Notes: generated from the letters alone by a model not told the origin. Shown: positions 37,701 to 48,864, counted from the stretch's first letter. The stretch is 64,000 nt of DNA from Planctomycetota bacterium (GCA_965223265.1 OZ244999.1:7168001-7232000); one strand, 5' to 3'. Numbers and translations are program-made.

Positions 37701-39193
37701 ATGACCACTCCAGAAGCCACGGCGGCGTCTCTCCCGGTGGGGTCGATCCCGGCAGCGCGAGAGGCTTGCGATTCCATAAGTTCACGGGGTGTGAGAGGTC
37801 CACCAAGCGCGAGGTGGAGAGCAACACGAGATGTCAGTTCCAATCGGCGACTCGTGATCAACGCGCGCTCAAGATCCTGCTCGGTCGCCACGGCTGCAAG
37901 GACCGGCAAGTAGTCGGTCAGACCTTGGCTGTAACGATTTCTGGTTTCGCTGAGGAGCTGGCGCGCGGTGTCGAGCTGATCCTCCTGCAGTCTGACGCGC
38001 CGCGCCTGCTGGCGCTCCCGGAGGATGGCAGTCTCAACCTCCTTGACTGCCGTCAGAAAGAGCTCCGCGTAACCAGCGACGGCCTCCTCCCATTGCGCGC
38101 GACGGAAGTCGATAGCGGCACGTCGCTCGCCACCGTCGAACAGCGGCGCGAGAGCACCGGCGAAGACGCTGGAGACCAGAGTGTCCGGCCGCAGAGAGCC
38201 GGTCGCAGCGACCGCACCGCCGATGTTGAAGCGCGGAAAACGATCCGCGATCGCTTCGCCGATGCGAAGGTCGATCGCGTCCATGCGATGCCGCGAAGCG
38301 ACGAGATCGGGTCTTGTCTCCAGCAGTGCCGCAGGGACGCCGACATCCGGCAACGCCGCGAGCGCCGGAAGCTCGGTCGCCTTGAGGCGCTCACGATTGC
38401 CAGGGGCGCGACCGAGGAGGACATCGAGTGCGTACTCAAGCTCAGCCAGTCTCGCCTCCACGAGCGGAACGAGCGCTCGCGTCGAGGCCAGTTGCTCACG
38501 CTGCTGCAAGACATCGACGATCGACGACTGCCCCTGCCCGAATCTGAGTCGCGTCAGTTCAAGAAGCGTGTTGTTGGTGACGATCTGCTCGGCCAGCAGC
38601 TGAAGCTGTAGGCGCTGCTCGAGAGCCTCGAAGTAGGTATCAGCGACGTTCGCAGCCAGAATGAGCTGCGCGGCGAGAAAGTCTTGATGAGCTGATTTGG
38701 CATCGAGCTCCGCAGCATCTTCCGCTGCACGCAATCTTCCCCAGACATCGAGCTCCCAATTGAGGAGCAGACCACCTGAAAGGAGTTCGTCGTGGCTGTG
38801 CCCGTCCCCGCTGGGATCGGTCCAAGTCGACTCATAGTCGACGCCGGCGTCGATGGTCGGAAGCCGCCGGGCACCTTGCTGACGCGTGAACGCACGTGCC
38901 TGCTGTACACGTGCTGCGAGTTGGCTCAGATCGAGGTTCGACCGCAGAGCAGTGTCGATCAACTTCATAAGAACCGGGTCGTTGAAGGCTTCCCACCAGC
39001 GCTCCGTGGGCGGCTGCGGTGCGGTGATCTCGCGCGTAGCTTCGTGATAGGTCTGCGTCGCGGCGACGCGCGGTGGACGCTCGAGCGTGGGTCGGTGGAC
39101 CGCGCAGCCGGTGAACGCGATGCAAGCGATCGTCGAACCGAGAAGAAAAACGTAATTGGAACGACTGAATCGATGGCGGCAGAATCGTATCAT
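37688..39193 (-). CDS. Outer-membrane efflux lipoprotein (TolC/NodT family)
   Basis: Lipobox FTGC, WWEAFNDP, WELDVWGRLR, PAALLETRPDL, PLFDGG, LHLALGG. Confidence 0.93.
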   Translation of the reverse strand: MIRFCRHRFSRSNYVFLLGSTIACIAFTGCAVHRPTLERPPRVAATQTYHEATREITAPQPPTERWWEAFNDPVLMKLIDTALRSNLDLSQLAARVQQARAFTRQQGARRLPTIDAGVDYESTWTDPSGDGHSHDELLSGGLLLNWELDVWGRLRAAEDAAELDAKSAHQDFLAAQLILAANVADTYFEALEQRLQLQLLAEQIVTNNTLLELTRLRFGQGQSSIVDVLQQREQLASTRALVPLVEARLAELEYALDVLLGRAPGNRERLKATELPALAALPDVGVPAALLETRPDLVASRHRMDAIDLRIGEAIADRFPRFNIGGAVAATGSLRPDTLVSSVFAGALAPLFDGGERRAAIDFRRAQWEEAVAGYAELFLTAVKEVETAILRERQQARRVRLQEDQLDTARQLLSETRNRYSQGLTDYLPVLAAVATEQDLERALITSRRLELTSRVALHLALGGPLTPRELMESQASRAAGIDPTGRDAAVASGVVIWNR

Positions 39194-39717
39194 GCGACGT
39201 GTTGAAGGGCGCCTGAGAGAGTGCGTCCGCAGAAGGATCTCGGACGTGATCGCGTCGACAGAGACATCTTATCATTCTAAGCCAAGAGGCGGGTGCGATT
39301 CACGTAGCAGGTGCTGCCGATGCGAGCTTCCGTCCGAGCTCTTTCGATCGTTGCCTTCGACGACACGCTCTGCAGGTCCGAAGTCGCGGCAACGAAGATC
39401 CACCGCCTGAAAGACAACAGCAAGAACGCCTTCGGCGACGAGCAATTGAAGCTCCTACCGCCCCACTCTTGGCGCTTCGCGCCCGCCTTCTTTTGCAGGC
39501 GTGAGAATTATCGGCCGCAGGGCGTCGTACCATGAGGTTCGGCGGTGGCAAGGTGCCGCCACGAACACCCTGAACATCCCGTTGACATGGCGTATGCCGT
39601 AGCACCGGCTGCTGTGTCTCGTACACGCTGCCGTGTCGCAGCGTCTTGACCTGATGCACGGCCGCGGCTTACGGTGCCGCCGCGACGCTCCTTTTCGTCA
39701 CGGATCAGCAAGCAGGC

Positions 39718-40560
39718 ATGGTCGACATTTACTCCGAGTCCAAGCACCCTGGTGTCAACGAGATCTACCGGGACGACGTCCTCTGGGTACTCGACAAGGC
39801 TGCCGGGGTCCTCTCACACCCGAACCCTCCGTCCAAGGCGGCGCCGAACTCCCTTCTGCGCTGCACGTATGACCATGACCGCGAGCTGTATCGCGTCGCG
39901 ACCGAAGGCAGAGCCCAGGCGCAGGTGCACCTGGTTCATCGCCTCGACCAGGAGACGAGCGGGCTGATCCTGTGCACGTTTGATCTCGACGCTGCCGGGA
40001 GAATGCGCGAACAGCTGTATCACGGCGAGATCAAAAAGGAGTACCGAGCTCTTGTCGTTGGTATTCCGCACCGCCCGCGCGGCGAGTGGCACGATCGCCT
40101 CGAGAAGTCGGCGCAGCAAGGTCGAGTCAGCGTCAAGGTGCTCCCAGGGCGGGAGAACGCGCTCACCGAATTCGCCGTCGTCGAATCTCTGCAGCTCAGC
40201 GGCACGTCATTGCTGGCGCTCTTTCCGCACACTGGGCGAACACATCAACTGCGCGTGCAGTCGGCGGCACGCAAGCTGCCGATCGCCGGAGACGAGCGCT
40301 ACGGAGATTTCACTGCGAACCGATTCCTTCGCGATGAGGTCGGCCTGAAACACATGTTCCTGCACGCCTACCGAATCGAACTGCGCCACCCGAGCAGCGG
40401 ACACCTCATGCGCTTCGAAGCGCCTCTGAGTTCGCGGCTCACGCAGCCCCTCGAGCGCCTCCGCACCCTTCGCCGAAGACCACCTCGCGATCTAGGCAGA
40501 GACGAAGGTCAGAGCAAAGACAAAAAACGCGCACGAGGTCGGCGCGGCCGCCGCAGATAG
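39718..40560 (+). CDS. RluA-family RNA pseudouridine synthase
   Basis: LDKAAG, VHRLDQETSGL (catalytic Asp), KEYRALV, TGRTHQLRV, PIAGDERYG, FLHA. Confidence 0.94.
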   Translation: MVDIYSESKHPGVNEIYRDDVLWVLDKAAGVLSHPNPPSKAAPNSLLRCTYDHDRELYRVATEGRAQAQVHLVHRLDQETSGLILCTFDLDAAGRMREQLYHGEIKKEYRALVVGIPHRPRGEWHDRLEKSAQQGRVSVKVLPGRENALTEFAVVESLQLSGTSLLALFPHTGRTHQLRVQSAARKLPIAGDERYGDFTANRFLRDEVGLKHMFLHAYRIELRHPSSGHLMRFEAPLSSRLTQPLERLRTLRRRPPRDLGRDEGQSKDKKRARGRRGRRR

Positions 40561-40611
40561 CCAGCCGGAGCCGGAGGCCGGTCGGACGCGCTTGTAGGAA
40601 TCGGAGACGGC

Positions 40612-40860
40612 TTGCGTTTGCGTTTGCGTTTGCGTTTGCGTTTGCGTTTGCGTTTGCGTTTGCGTGGGCGTTTGCGTGGGCGTGGGCGTGGGCGTGGGCG
40701 TGGGCGTGGGCGTGGGCGTGGGCGTTTGCGTGGGAGTGGGCGTGGGCGTGGGAGTGCCGGTACTCTGCGTCTGACTCCGTATCTGGATCTGACTCTGTAT
40801 CCGACTCTGCGCCTGTATCTGTATCTGACTCGGCGTCTGACTCTGTATCTGTATCCGCCT
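40612..40860 (+). repeat. Intergenic hexamer arrays: (TTGCGT)9, (GGGCGT)n, then degenerate TCTGNN units
   Basis: Directly visible between the convergent RluA and 40970 genes. Confidence 0.9.
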
Positions 40861-40969
40861 CCACCTCCCCCACCGCGCCGAATGCTGCCGTGCGCACCGC
40901 GTCGGCGCTTCCCGAGTCGAACGCTGTTTCCACGCGCGGAGGCACGCCCTCATGCGCCCGCCAATAAAC

Positions 40970-41800
40970 TCACGCGAACAGCGACGTCGCGCCTGAGACG
41001 ATGACCGCCAGTGCGAGCAGTCGCAACCGCCAGGTGTAGTATCCCTGCGTCGCCGACTCGAGGAAGAAGTAGAGGGCCAGAACAATGCATGCCAGAAGCG
41101 CGGCCGCGCCGACTTTCCAGTGAAAGGCGTGCCTCTGGACGCGAGCAGCCCGCAGCTCGAGATGCGCCTTCTTCTTGAGTTTCTCGGTCATTGCCTCCAG
41201 CGATCGATCGTCGCAGCGCACCAAAAGAGCAACCCTATAGACCGTTCCGTACGGGCGCTGGATTGCCTGCTCGAATGAGTCTTTCGCGAGGTCGTCGACG
41301 TGAGGTTGAGCGACGTCGAAGGCGAGACGACGCAAGTCAATGTGCGGCAGACGCTGAGCCAGGTCGCGCTGCCGCCACCAAATGAGTGCTTGAATCTGCG
41401 CCGCGGCTGAGCGTTTCGCGCCCCTCCGGGCGGCCTCGATGTCGCCCTCAAGCTCCGAGTAGCCGACGAGCTCGGCGCGCACTCCTGGGTGTCGAGCCTT
41501 CACTGCAGCGCGTCCGTCCTGCGCGCTCCATGGCCGAGAGCCCGCGGCATCGTGGACCCATGACTTCGGCGGTGTAGTGATCGTGCCGCTACCGCGCTCC
41601 TCACGATCCTCCGCGCTGCCAAGGAGGACACTCTGCGCGAGCCACTCTGCGTGTGCGTCCGGAATCGTCAGCTCGAGCGTCTCCGGTCGTACGTCGTCAC
41701 CAGTCCCATGGAGGTCCGGTGACAACGGCGACGCAACAAGGAGCGGTGTTGTCAACACCAGACAGAGTGAACTTAAGAATCCGAAGAGTGTTACCTGCAT
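40970..41800 (-). CDS. Hypothetical membrane protein
   Basis: Signal peptide; two C-terminal TM helices around ATQGYYTWRLR; GGAG RBS. Confidence 0.7.
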   Translation of the reverse strand: MQVTLFGFLSSLCLVLTTPLLVASPLSPDLHGTGDDVRPETLELTIPDAHAEWLAQSVLLGSAEDREERGSGTITTPPKSWVHDAAGSRPWSAQDGRAAVKARHPGVRAELVGYSELEGDIEAARRGAKRSAAAQIQALIWWRQRDLAQRLPHIDLRRLAFDVAQPHVDDLAKDSFEQAIQRPYGTVYRVALLVRCDDRSLEAMTEKLKKKAHLELRAARVQRHAFHWKVGAAALLACIVLALYFFLESATQGYYTWRLRLLALAVIVSGATSLFA

Positions 41801-41957
41801 GGGACTCCGGCCTCTTCAAGTCGTACGGCAGCAGCTCGAGTCAAATCGACAATGCTGGGTGTGGAATCGACCTTGGTCCATTCCTCTGTTCGGGAACGGA
41901 CCAAGGTCGAGCCTTGCGCATTGCCAAGAGGAGTCACCGCGCCTCGCTCGATCGGCG

Positions 41958-42776
41958 TTAGCGTAGATCGCCGTCAACAACGCTCGTCGCTTCCACGCCC
42001 GCCCTCAGATAGGCGTCGACACGATCAACGACATCGTCTTCGCTCGCCTCTGGAGCCTCGATTGGAATTGTCTCTAGGAACTTGGCTTCACGCGCCAAGT
42101 AGCGCTGCGAGACGTCCAGTTTCTTGCGCAGTTCACGGATGACTTTCTGCGTCTCCGCGAGTTTCGAGTCATCGAATTTGAACTCGCCCTCTCCCGCCTG
42201 CGCGTCGAGAAGACGGAACTGGGCTTCAAGATCTTCGATTTCAGCCGCCAGCTGGACCCGCGTGACGTGGGTTTGCTCCAGCTTACGAATGGCAGCTTCC
42301 AATGACCGCTGCCGATTCTTGAGCAGGTCCTTCTTACCCGAGACGAGCTTCTCAGCCATCTTCAGGTGATCAAATCGACGTGCTAGTTCGCCCACGAGCT
42401 CCTCGCGCTCGTAGTCGATGGCGCCGAATCTGTAGTTCGCCTTCTGTTCGCGCAGCGACGCTCGAAGCAACTGAACCTTCTCGCGCTCGGCGGCGATCGA
42501 TTCCTGCTGCCGTGCGATTTCCTGCTCGAGGCTTGCCACTTCAACCTCCTCGCTCGCTACGAGCTTGGTGTTGGCTTTCAGCTCGGGGACGAGGTCGTCG
42601 AGCAGGTCGCGGGCGCGCTGGATCTCGAACTCGATCGGGATGGAGTCCTTGACGGCGGACTTGATCGCCTTGCTCGAGGTTCTCAGGTAACTGGTCATTC
42701 CAGTGGTGACGCCGACGGTGCCCAGGACACCGAGGACAACAGCGACAACAGTGAGTCGTTTCATCCACTTCAGCAT
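41958..42776 (-). CDS. Membrane-anchored coiled-coil protein (PspA-like, planctomycete type)
   Basis: AAGGAG RBS; N-terminal TM, IPIEFEIQRAR motif, long coiled coil. Confidence 0.75.
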   Translation of the reverse strand: MLKWMKRLTVVAVVLGVLGTVGVTTGMTSYLRTSSKAIKSAVKDSIPIEFEIQRARDLLDDLVPELKANTKLVASEEVEVASLEQEIARQQESIAAEREKVQLLRASLREQKANYRFGAIDYEREELVGELARRFDHLKMAEKLVSGKKDLLKNRQRSLEAAIRKLEQTHVTRVQLAAEIEDLEAQFRLLDAQAGEGEFKFDDSKLAETQKVIRELRKKLDVSQRYLAREAKFLETIPIEAPEASEDDVVDRVDAYLRAGVEATSVVDGDLR

Positions 42777-43172
42777 GGCAAAACTCCTTTCCTTGGCGAA
42801 TGCGCGTAGAGGATGTGATTCCTACCTCTGAAGTCAGCCTTCGAGAGCGCCGATTTCACGGTTTTCACGATTTCTTTGGCACGACACGCAACCCAGCGAA
42901 TCATCATAAGAGACTTAAAAACGGACACTTACGGAAAATCCATCGGTAGATAAAAGGTGTCATGGTCGGCCGCGAGCCACCAAACGCTCGAGATACACGC
43001 ACTTCGGGGCGGCCCTCGATCTCCCCGCCAGCAGCTGATAAGCTCAGGGATTTCCCGTTCGGCACTACCGCTCTCTCGGCGACGGGCGACGCGTCTCAGA
43101 CGGCGCCTTCCCGAGCTGAAGAGTACGGTCGCCACCACGCTCTATCTCCAACGGCCGCTTCGAACGAACACC

Positions 43173-43805
43173 ATGGGTGCTTCCAGCGTCGCAATTCTGG
43201 ACTACAAAGCAGGCAACTTGACGAGTGTTCTTTTGGCGCTGCGTCATGTCGGCGCCGAGGCTCAAGTCACGTCCGACCCAGAAGAATTCCTCCGTGCCGA
43301 CCGCGCGGTATTCCCTGGCGTCGGTGCCGCAGGCGCCGCCATGGCAGAGCTTCGTGCGCGCGGCTTCGACGACGCTATCCAAGAATTCCTCCGCCGCGGC
43401 CGTCCCCTCCTTGGCATCTGCATCGGCTGCCAGGTGGCTCTCGATGCGAGCGAGGAAGACGGCGGGACGACTTGTCTCGGTGTGATTCCCGGTGAGGTGC
43501 GGCGCTTCCAGTTCCCCGCTGGCGTCGACCGCAAGGTGCCCCACATGGGATGGAACGAAGTCACGTTCGTCAAAGATCACGTTCTGTTCGACGGCATCCC
43601 CAACTCGAGCCAGTTCTACTTCGTCCACAGCTACTACCCCGCACCCGAAAGCGACGCGGTGGTTTACGGGCGCGCCGAGTACGGCACGATTCAGTTCGCT
43701 GCGGCCCTTGTCCGCGATCAGCTTCTCGCCGTTCAGTTTCACGCAGAAAAGAGTGGCAAGCCGGGGCTGCGCCTGCTGAAGAACTTCCTCGCGTGGTGCC
43801 CATAG
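43173..43805 (+). CDS. hisH: Imidazole glycerol phosphate synthase glutaminase subunit
   Basis: [49 protein letters not shown]. Confidence 0.96.
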   Translation: MGASSVAILDYKAGNLTSVLLALRHVGAEAQVTSDPEEFLRADRAVFPGVGAAGAAMAELRARGFDDAIQEFLRRGRPLLGICIGCQVALDASEEDGGTTCLGVIPGEVRRFQFPAGVDRKVPHMGWNEVTFVKDHVLFDGIPNSSQFYFVHSYYPAPESDAVVYGRAEYGTIQFAAALVRDQLLAVQFHAEKSGKPGLRLLKNFLAWCP

Positions 43806-43839
43806 CGCTACTTCGACTGGAGAAAAGGAGCTCGCCCCG

Positions 43840-44619
43840 ATGCTGTCGAAACGCGTGATCGTCTGTCTTGACGTGCGCAACCGCAAGACGACCAAGGGCA
43901 TCAAGTTCAAAGGCAACGTCGACGTCGGCGACCCCGTGGAAATGGGCCGGCAGTACTACGAAGAAGGTGTCGACGAACTCGTCTTCTACGACATCACCGC
44001 GTCCGCTGAGGGACGTCCGATCGACATTGATATGGTGCGAGACGTCGCGGAGAACGTGTTCATCCCGTTTTCGGTCGGCGGGGGTATCCGTAGCCTCGAC
44101 GACATGCATGACGTCCTCCTTGCAGGGGCGGAAAAAGTCAGTGTCAATTCGCTCGCCGTGAAGAATCCCGAGATCATCGCCGCGGGCGCCAAGGCTTTCG
44201 GCAGCCAGTGCATCGTGCTCGGCATGGATGCACGACGCGTCGGCTGTTCTAGGTCGATCCCGAGCGGCTACGAAATCGTCGTCAAAGGCGGACGGGAACC
44301 GACCGGAATCGACGCCCTGGATTGGGCACGAAGAGCGGAGGAACTGGGAGCGGGCGAAGTCTGCCTCAACTCAATCGATGCCGACGGCACGAAAGAAGGA
44401 TATGAACTCACCGTCACCGCCATGATCTCCGAGGCACTCGGAATTCCCGTGATCGCCTCGGGTGGAGCCGGGACGCCGCAGCACCTCTTCGAGGTCCTCA
44501 CCACCGGCAAGGCTGACGCGGCGCTCATCGCCAGCATGGTTCACTTCGGAGAATACACGCTCGCGGAGATCAAAGCGTATCTACAGGAGAGGGAACTCCG
44601 TGTCCGGCCCATTCACTAG
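43840..44619 (+). CDS. hisF: Imidazole glycerol phosphate synthase cyclase subunit
   Basis: [54 protein letters not shown]. Confidence 0.97.
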   Translation: MLSKRVIVCLDVRNRKTTKGIKFKGNVDVGDPVEMGRQYYEEGVDELVFYDITASAEGRPIDIDMVRDVAENVFIPFSVGGGIRSLDDMHDVLLAGAEKVSVNSLAVKNPEIIAAGAKAFGSQCIVLGMDARRVGCSRSIPSGYEIVVKGGREPTGIDALDWARRAEELGAGEVCLNSIDADGTKEGYELTVTAMISEALGIPVIASGGAGTPQHLFEVLTTGKADAALIASMVHFGEYTLAEIKAYLQERELRVRPIH

Positions 44620-44962
44620 CGAAGAGGGAAGGCCACGTCGCGTCACCTGCGTCCTTTCTGATCTCCCAGATGCCGCCGAGGACGAGGTGTTCGAGACGTT
44701 GGCCGCGAGCAAGGTGGCACGCATCGAGCGCATCGTCAGTCGCGGTCAGCGCACCCCGGACGGAGTGTGGCTGAAAGAGGATGTGCACGAATGGGTCGTC
44801 GTCCTGCGCGGGTGCGCGCAGCTCAGATTTCGACAGCCCGAAGAGACGCTGGACCTTGAGACCGGCGACGCCCTGACGATTCCGGCTGGCTGCGAGCACC
44901 GAGTGGAAATGACCGCCGCAGACTCGCCCACGATCTGGCTCGCCGTCCACTTCGCGCCGTAG
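44600..44962 (+). CDS. Cupin domain protein
   Basis: GTG 44600 with RBS; EVFETL...[12 protein letters not shown]...W....[25 protein letters not shown]. Confidence 0.85.
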   Translation: MSGPFTSEEGRPRRVTCVLSDLPDAAEDEVFETLAASKVARIERIVSRGQRTPDGVWLKEDVHEWVVVLRGCAQLRFRQPEETLDLETGDALTIPAGCEHRVEMTAADSPTIWLAVHFAP

Positions 44963-45059
44963 CGCGTCGACGAAGTCAGGGCTCGCCCCTCTGACTCGTA
45001 ACGCGTTCCCCGGCGCTGCGACCACGGCTCCGGGCGGGTGCTCGTCCGCGTGCCGTCCG

Positions 45060-45432
45060 TTTGCGTGGGCGTGGGCGTGGGCGTGGGCGTTTGCGTGGGC
45101 GTGGGCGTGGGCGTGGGCGTCTCTTTAAAGTGGCAGGCACGCGCCGAGGGCCGTGACCGTGAGGTCACGACGGCGCGTTCTAAAGAACTCACAGCGTCGC
45201 CGCTCCCCCTCGTCGGCGTCCGCCGTTCCCGCTCCCGTTTGCGTGGGCGTGGGAGTGCCTGCAAGCCCGCCTCTGCGTCTGACTCCGTACCCAACTACCT
45301 GCATCTGTCTCTGGATCTGGATCTGGATCTGACGCTGTCTCTGCGTCTGTCTCTGGATCTGGCATCTGGGATCTGACACTGTCTCTGCATCTGGGATCTG
45401 TCTCTGGATCTGGGATCTGACGCTGTCTCCAA
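45060..45432 (+). repeat. Composite intergenic repeat: (GGGCGT/TTGCGT)n, degenerate REP at 45130, TCTGNN arrays
   Basis: Shares GTGGGCGTGGGAGTGCC and CTCTGCGTCTGACTCCGTA with the 40.6-kb locus. Confidence 0.85.
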
Positions 45433-45879
45433 GATCTCATTCCCTCTTCATCCTCCAGGCGAGAGCGCAGAGCAAAGCGGGTTCGTTTCGAGGAGCTCGT
45501 GGCGCGAAACAGCCAAACTCGAGCCTAGCTTCTGGCAAAAGTGTCGACGGCACCACCAGGCGGCGACGACGGCAAAGGCCCGCAGCGAAATCATTTGGAG
45601 GCGTCCCCTCGCAATTCGCCAAAAAGCGGGGTTAGGCGTATATGCCCCAGCCGTATAATTAGCCTATCGATGCCACCGCGCACGCTCTGCGGCAATGCGG
45701 TTCGGCCGATTTCGTCCCGCCTTCCGATCCGCACTCTCGTCACCCGTCATCCTGCTCCGTGCGCGCGATGCTGCGCAATGGAATTCGATGGCAGCCCCGC
45801 AGCGAGACGTTACGGGTCAACACCACAAGATACTGGCACCCCAGTACCCCACCGTCCCTCAAAAAAGGAGCTTCACATC

Positions 45880-47202
45880 ATGAGGACGAGCCAAATCTTC
45901 CTCTCCGCCCTTCTTTGCACCCTCGCCACGTTGGCCACGTTGCCTGTGGACGCACACACCATCGTGCTAAAGAACGGTAATTCCATCGAAGGCACCGTCG
46001 TCGAAGGCACCGATAGCGACGCCGACCATGTCGTCGTGCGCGTGGGCGACTTCGGCACGATGACATTTCGCAAGTCCGAGATCGCTGAGATCCGCGGCAC
46101 CCCATCTGACAGTGACTCGCTGGACGACCTCCTGACCACACCCGCCACAGCCAGGGAGTACGTCGAGGTCCAGCTCAAGGAAACGACCTACGGTGACGGC
46201 GTTTTCTACGGTGTCGTCGGCAAGGGGAGCAACGAGCGCGAGCTCGTTCTCGAGGTCCCCGAGGCTGGCGGTTCTGGTCACATCACGATCCCGCGGAACG
46301 CGATCGCGCGGACGACCCCAGTGTCGTCCGACAGCGCCGGACTCGCGCCAGCCGCGGCGAGGTCGGACAGCGACGTCGACACACAGCCGACCGAGATCAG
46401 CACCACGCACGTTGTGCATCTCAAAAACGGCCGCCAAATCAAAGGCAACCTGATCCAAACGGCGGACGATGAACCGCTCAAGCTGGCGGTCGGATCGATG
46501 GGCGTCCTGCTGTTTGCGCGCGACAAGGTCGCCAACGTCGAGGCCAAAGACGGCACCTATTCGTTGCCAAAGCGGACGCACGTTCTCGACGAGATGATCG
46601 ACGAGCCCCTGCCTGAAACCGACGCCTCCGCCGGCGGGGACGTCGAGGCGCTCAAGGACGCCATCAAAGCCGAGCTCCTCGAGGAACTCCTCGACGACCT
46701 GATCGAGAAGAAACTGGAAACGGCGACGCGCGGTGTCCGCCGCGCAGCGACAAGGCTCGCCGACGTGGAGCGGATCTCGGGTGACGAGTTGCTTGAGCTC
46801 CAAGAAGCCGTTCGCGAACTCGGCCGCCACCGCACGCGCAACCGAGTCCGTGCCGAACGCAAGCTAAAGACGTTCGGCCCCGCAGCCATTCCATATCTGC
46901 GCCCGATCGTGCACCACCCGTTCAACTTGACGCGGCGCGCCGTCCAGCGCATCGTCCGCGACCTCGGTGCCGTCGAAGGTGCCCCGTTGGCGATGGACGC
47001 ACTGAACGACGAGGATGACGACGTCCGCCTTCTCGCGGGCGAGGCTCTCTCAGCTCTGCTGCCGGACGTTCGGGTCGGATATCGTTCCACCGACCCCGAA
47101 GCTCATCGGCTGCGGGCGCAGACCGAGTACTGGGCCGCGTGGGACCTCCTCACCCTGGAAGCAGCGAAAGCGCAGGTCCTCGAAAGTCTCGCCACACGCT
47201 AA
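45880..47202 (+). CDS. Exported protein with repeated beta domains and C-terminal HEAT repeats
   Basis: AAGGAG RBS, signal peptide, repeated (I/V).LKNG..I.G motifs, HEAT-like ALNDEDDDVRLLAGEAL. Confidence 0.8.
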   Translation: MRTSQIFLSALLCTLATLATLPVDAHTIVLKNGNSIEGTVVEGTDSDADHVVVRVGDFGTMTFRKSEIAEIRGTPSDSDSLDDLLTTPATAREYVEVQLKETTYGDGVFYGVVGKGSNERELVLEVPEAGGSGHITIPRNAIARTTPVSSDSAGLAPAAARSDSDVDTQPTEISTTHVVHLKNGRQIKGNLIQTADDEPLKLAVGSMGVLLFARDKVANVEAKDGTYSLPKRTHVLDEMIDEPLPETDASAGGDVEALKDAIKAELLEELLDDLIEKKLETATRGVRRAATRLADVERISGDELLELQEAVRELGRHRTRNRVRAERKLKTFGPAAIPYLRPIVHHPFNLTRRAVQRIVRDLGAVEGAPLAMDALNDEDDDVRLLAGEALSALLPDVRVGYRSTDPEAHRLRAQTEYWAAWDLLTLEAAKAQVLESLATR

Positions 47203-47227
47203 CTCACACAACCGCCTCTGTAGTCTC

Positions 47228-47257
47228 AACCCCAGCTTCCCACGGCTGGGGTTTTTT
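47228..47257 (+). terminator. Rho-independent terminator
   Basis: AACCCCAGC-ttcccacg-GCTGGGGTT followed by a T run, 25 nt after the stop codon. Confidence 0.8.
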
Positions 47258-47538
47258 GATGTGTATGTATCGATACCTGTCGATCCACGCGTGCGCCGTT
47301 ACAATTCTCTTGTGTTCCTCGACAGCGTGGATGAAAACGTGCTTGATCGCTTCCTCCGTCAGTCGTCGCGAAACGCAAGTATTCTACGAGCCCTCTCCTG
47401 ACGATCAGAATGGTACCGGATGGTACGCGCGCCGCGGCGAGCTGGGCGTAAAGAGGCAGTTTCTCAGCCGAATGACTTTTCAACGGGGCTATTGGACGCT
47501 CCTCTTTCTCCGAACTTTCTCCGAACTTTCATCGCAAC

Positions 47539-48768
47539 ATGGCATCCGGATTTCGCAACTCAACCGGAATTCTCTTTCGGTGTCGATGGCTCGCTGCTGG
47601 CGGCCGAGCGACGTCGATCGCGTCGAGCCTTGTGATCGTTGTGTCGCTCGCTGGCGACCTCACCGCGGATCAAGAACTCGCACGCGACACCGAGCGCGAC
47701 AAGGTAGCCGCGCCGACGGCGTTCGCTGTCGGCGATGTCCACGGCGACTACGACGCCTTTCGCCTCTTGCTCGAACGCCTGGAACTCGTGGACGCGGACG
47801 ACAACTGGATCGGTGGCACAACTCGGCTCATTCAAACCGGCGATCTCCTCGATCGCGGCTCAGATTCTCGCCGCGTCATGGACCTCCTGATACACCTCGA
47901 AGAGGAAGCACCGCGCGCTGGCGGCTCCGTAGTCGTTCTTCTCGGCAATCATGAGATCTTCAACTTGCTCGGCGACTTGCGCTACGTCTCACGCGGTGAG
48001 TTCGATGCGTTTGCAGACGAAGAAACTGCAGCCTCTTGGCGGCAGCGCGCGAGTGACGCTCTCGCCATCGTCAGCACCCCCTCGCCGCTACTTCGTTCGT
48101 CGTACTATCGAAGACTGTCACGTACAGTCAACACGCGGTCGGCCCGCAAACTCTTTCCGAGCGGATACTTCGCTCACCGCGACGCCTTCGCGCCGACCGG
48201 GCGCTACGGACGCTGGCTACTCAAAAAACCGGCGCTACACCGTGACAACCGCATCCTCTTCGTCCACGGTGGCATCAGCCGCACCTACGCGGGCGTACCC
48301 TACGAGGAACTAAATCGCGCCACGAAGGAATTGCTCGCCAAGTACTTCGCGGCCGTTAAGGCGCTGGAGGAAGCCAAGGTCTACGACCGAGCGCTTGGCC
48401 ATGAAGTGTTGGTCGAGCTCGCTGGTCGAGAGCTGCGCGCCGGTGCCGATGAAAGGCTGCAGCCTCACTTCGCTGCAGTCCAAGACGTTGCGCGAAGTCT
48501 TCTGCTAGCAGAGGACGGCCCGTTCATGTATCGCGGCCTCGCGGTGGCACCCGAGCGAGCGCTCAGCAGCGTGGTGAAGACCGTTCTCAGGACAAACGAC
48601 GTCGAAAGAATCATGATCGGCCACACGCGACCACCCGATTTGCGGGTGACGACTCGCTTTAAAAACCGAGTGCTTCTCATCGACACCGGAATGAATCAGG
48701 AATTCTACGGGGGCCGCCCGAGCGCGGTGGGAACGTTTCCCAGCGGCACCGTCGAAATCTGGGAGTGA
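47539..48768 (+). CDS. Calcineurin-like metallophosphoesterase (Shewanella-like phosphatase type)
   Basis: GDVHG, GDLLDRG, LGNHE, FVHGG, IGHT, IDTG motifs; start uncertain. Confidence 0.9.
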   Translation: MASGFRNSTGILFRCRWLAAGGRATSIASSLVIVVSLAGDLTADQELARDTERDKVAAPTAFAVGDVHGDYDAFRLLLERLELVDADDNWIGGTTRLIQTGDLLDRGSDSRRVMDLLIHLEEEAPRAGGSVVVLLGNHEIFNLLGDLRYVSRGEFDAFADEETAASWRQRASDALAIVSTPSPLLRSSYYRRLSRTVNTRSARKLFPSGYFAHRDAFAPTGRYGRWLLKKPALHRDNRILFVHGGISRTYAGVPYEELNRATKELLAKYFAAVKALEEAKVYDRALGHEVLVELAGRELRAGADERLQPHFAAVQDVARSLLLAEDGPFMYRGLAVAPERALSSVVKTVLRTNDVERIMIGHTRPPDLRVTTRFKNRVLLIDTGMNQEFYGGRPSAVGTFPSGTVEIWE

Positions 48769-48816
48769 GGTCGGCGTCGGTCCGGCTTGTCCTTCGCACG
48801 GCCCGCCAGAAACGAC

Positions 48817-48860
48817 CCTGGTATCCGTGAAGAGGCTTCCTGGTATCCGTGAAAAGGCTT
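48817..48860. repeat. 22-bp tandem direct repeat x2 between convergent genes
   Basis: CCTGGTATCCGTGAA(G/A)AGGCTT at 48817 and 48839. Confidence 0.7.
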
Positions 48861-48864
48861 GTCG

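Noticed and set aside
39200-39717. Short ORFs between the efflux operon and RluA
   Set aside because: No recognisable motif or convincing RBS; left unannotated.
40439-41085. Low-complexity ORFs (HAHA, TPTP, RLRL/RGRG) across the hexamer array, likewise at 18.0-18.5 kb and 44.7-45.4 kb
   Set aside because: Translations of stop-free microsatellites in several frames; no RBS or domain support.
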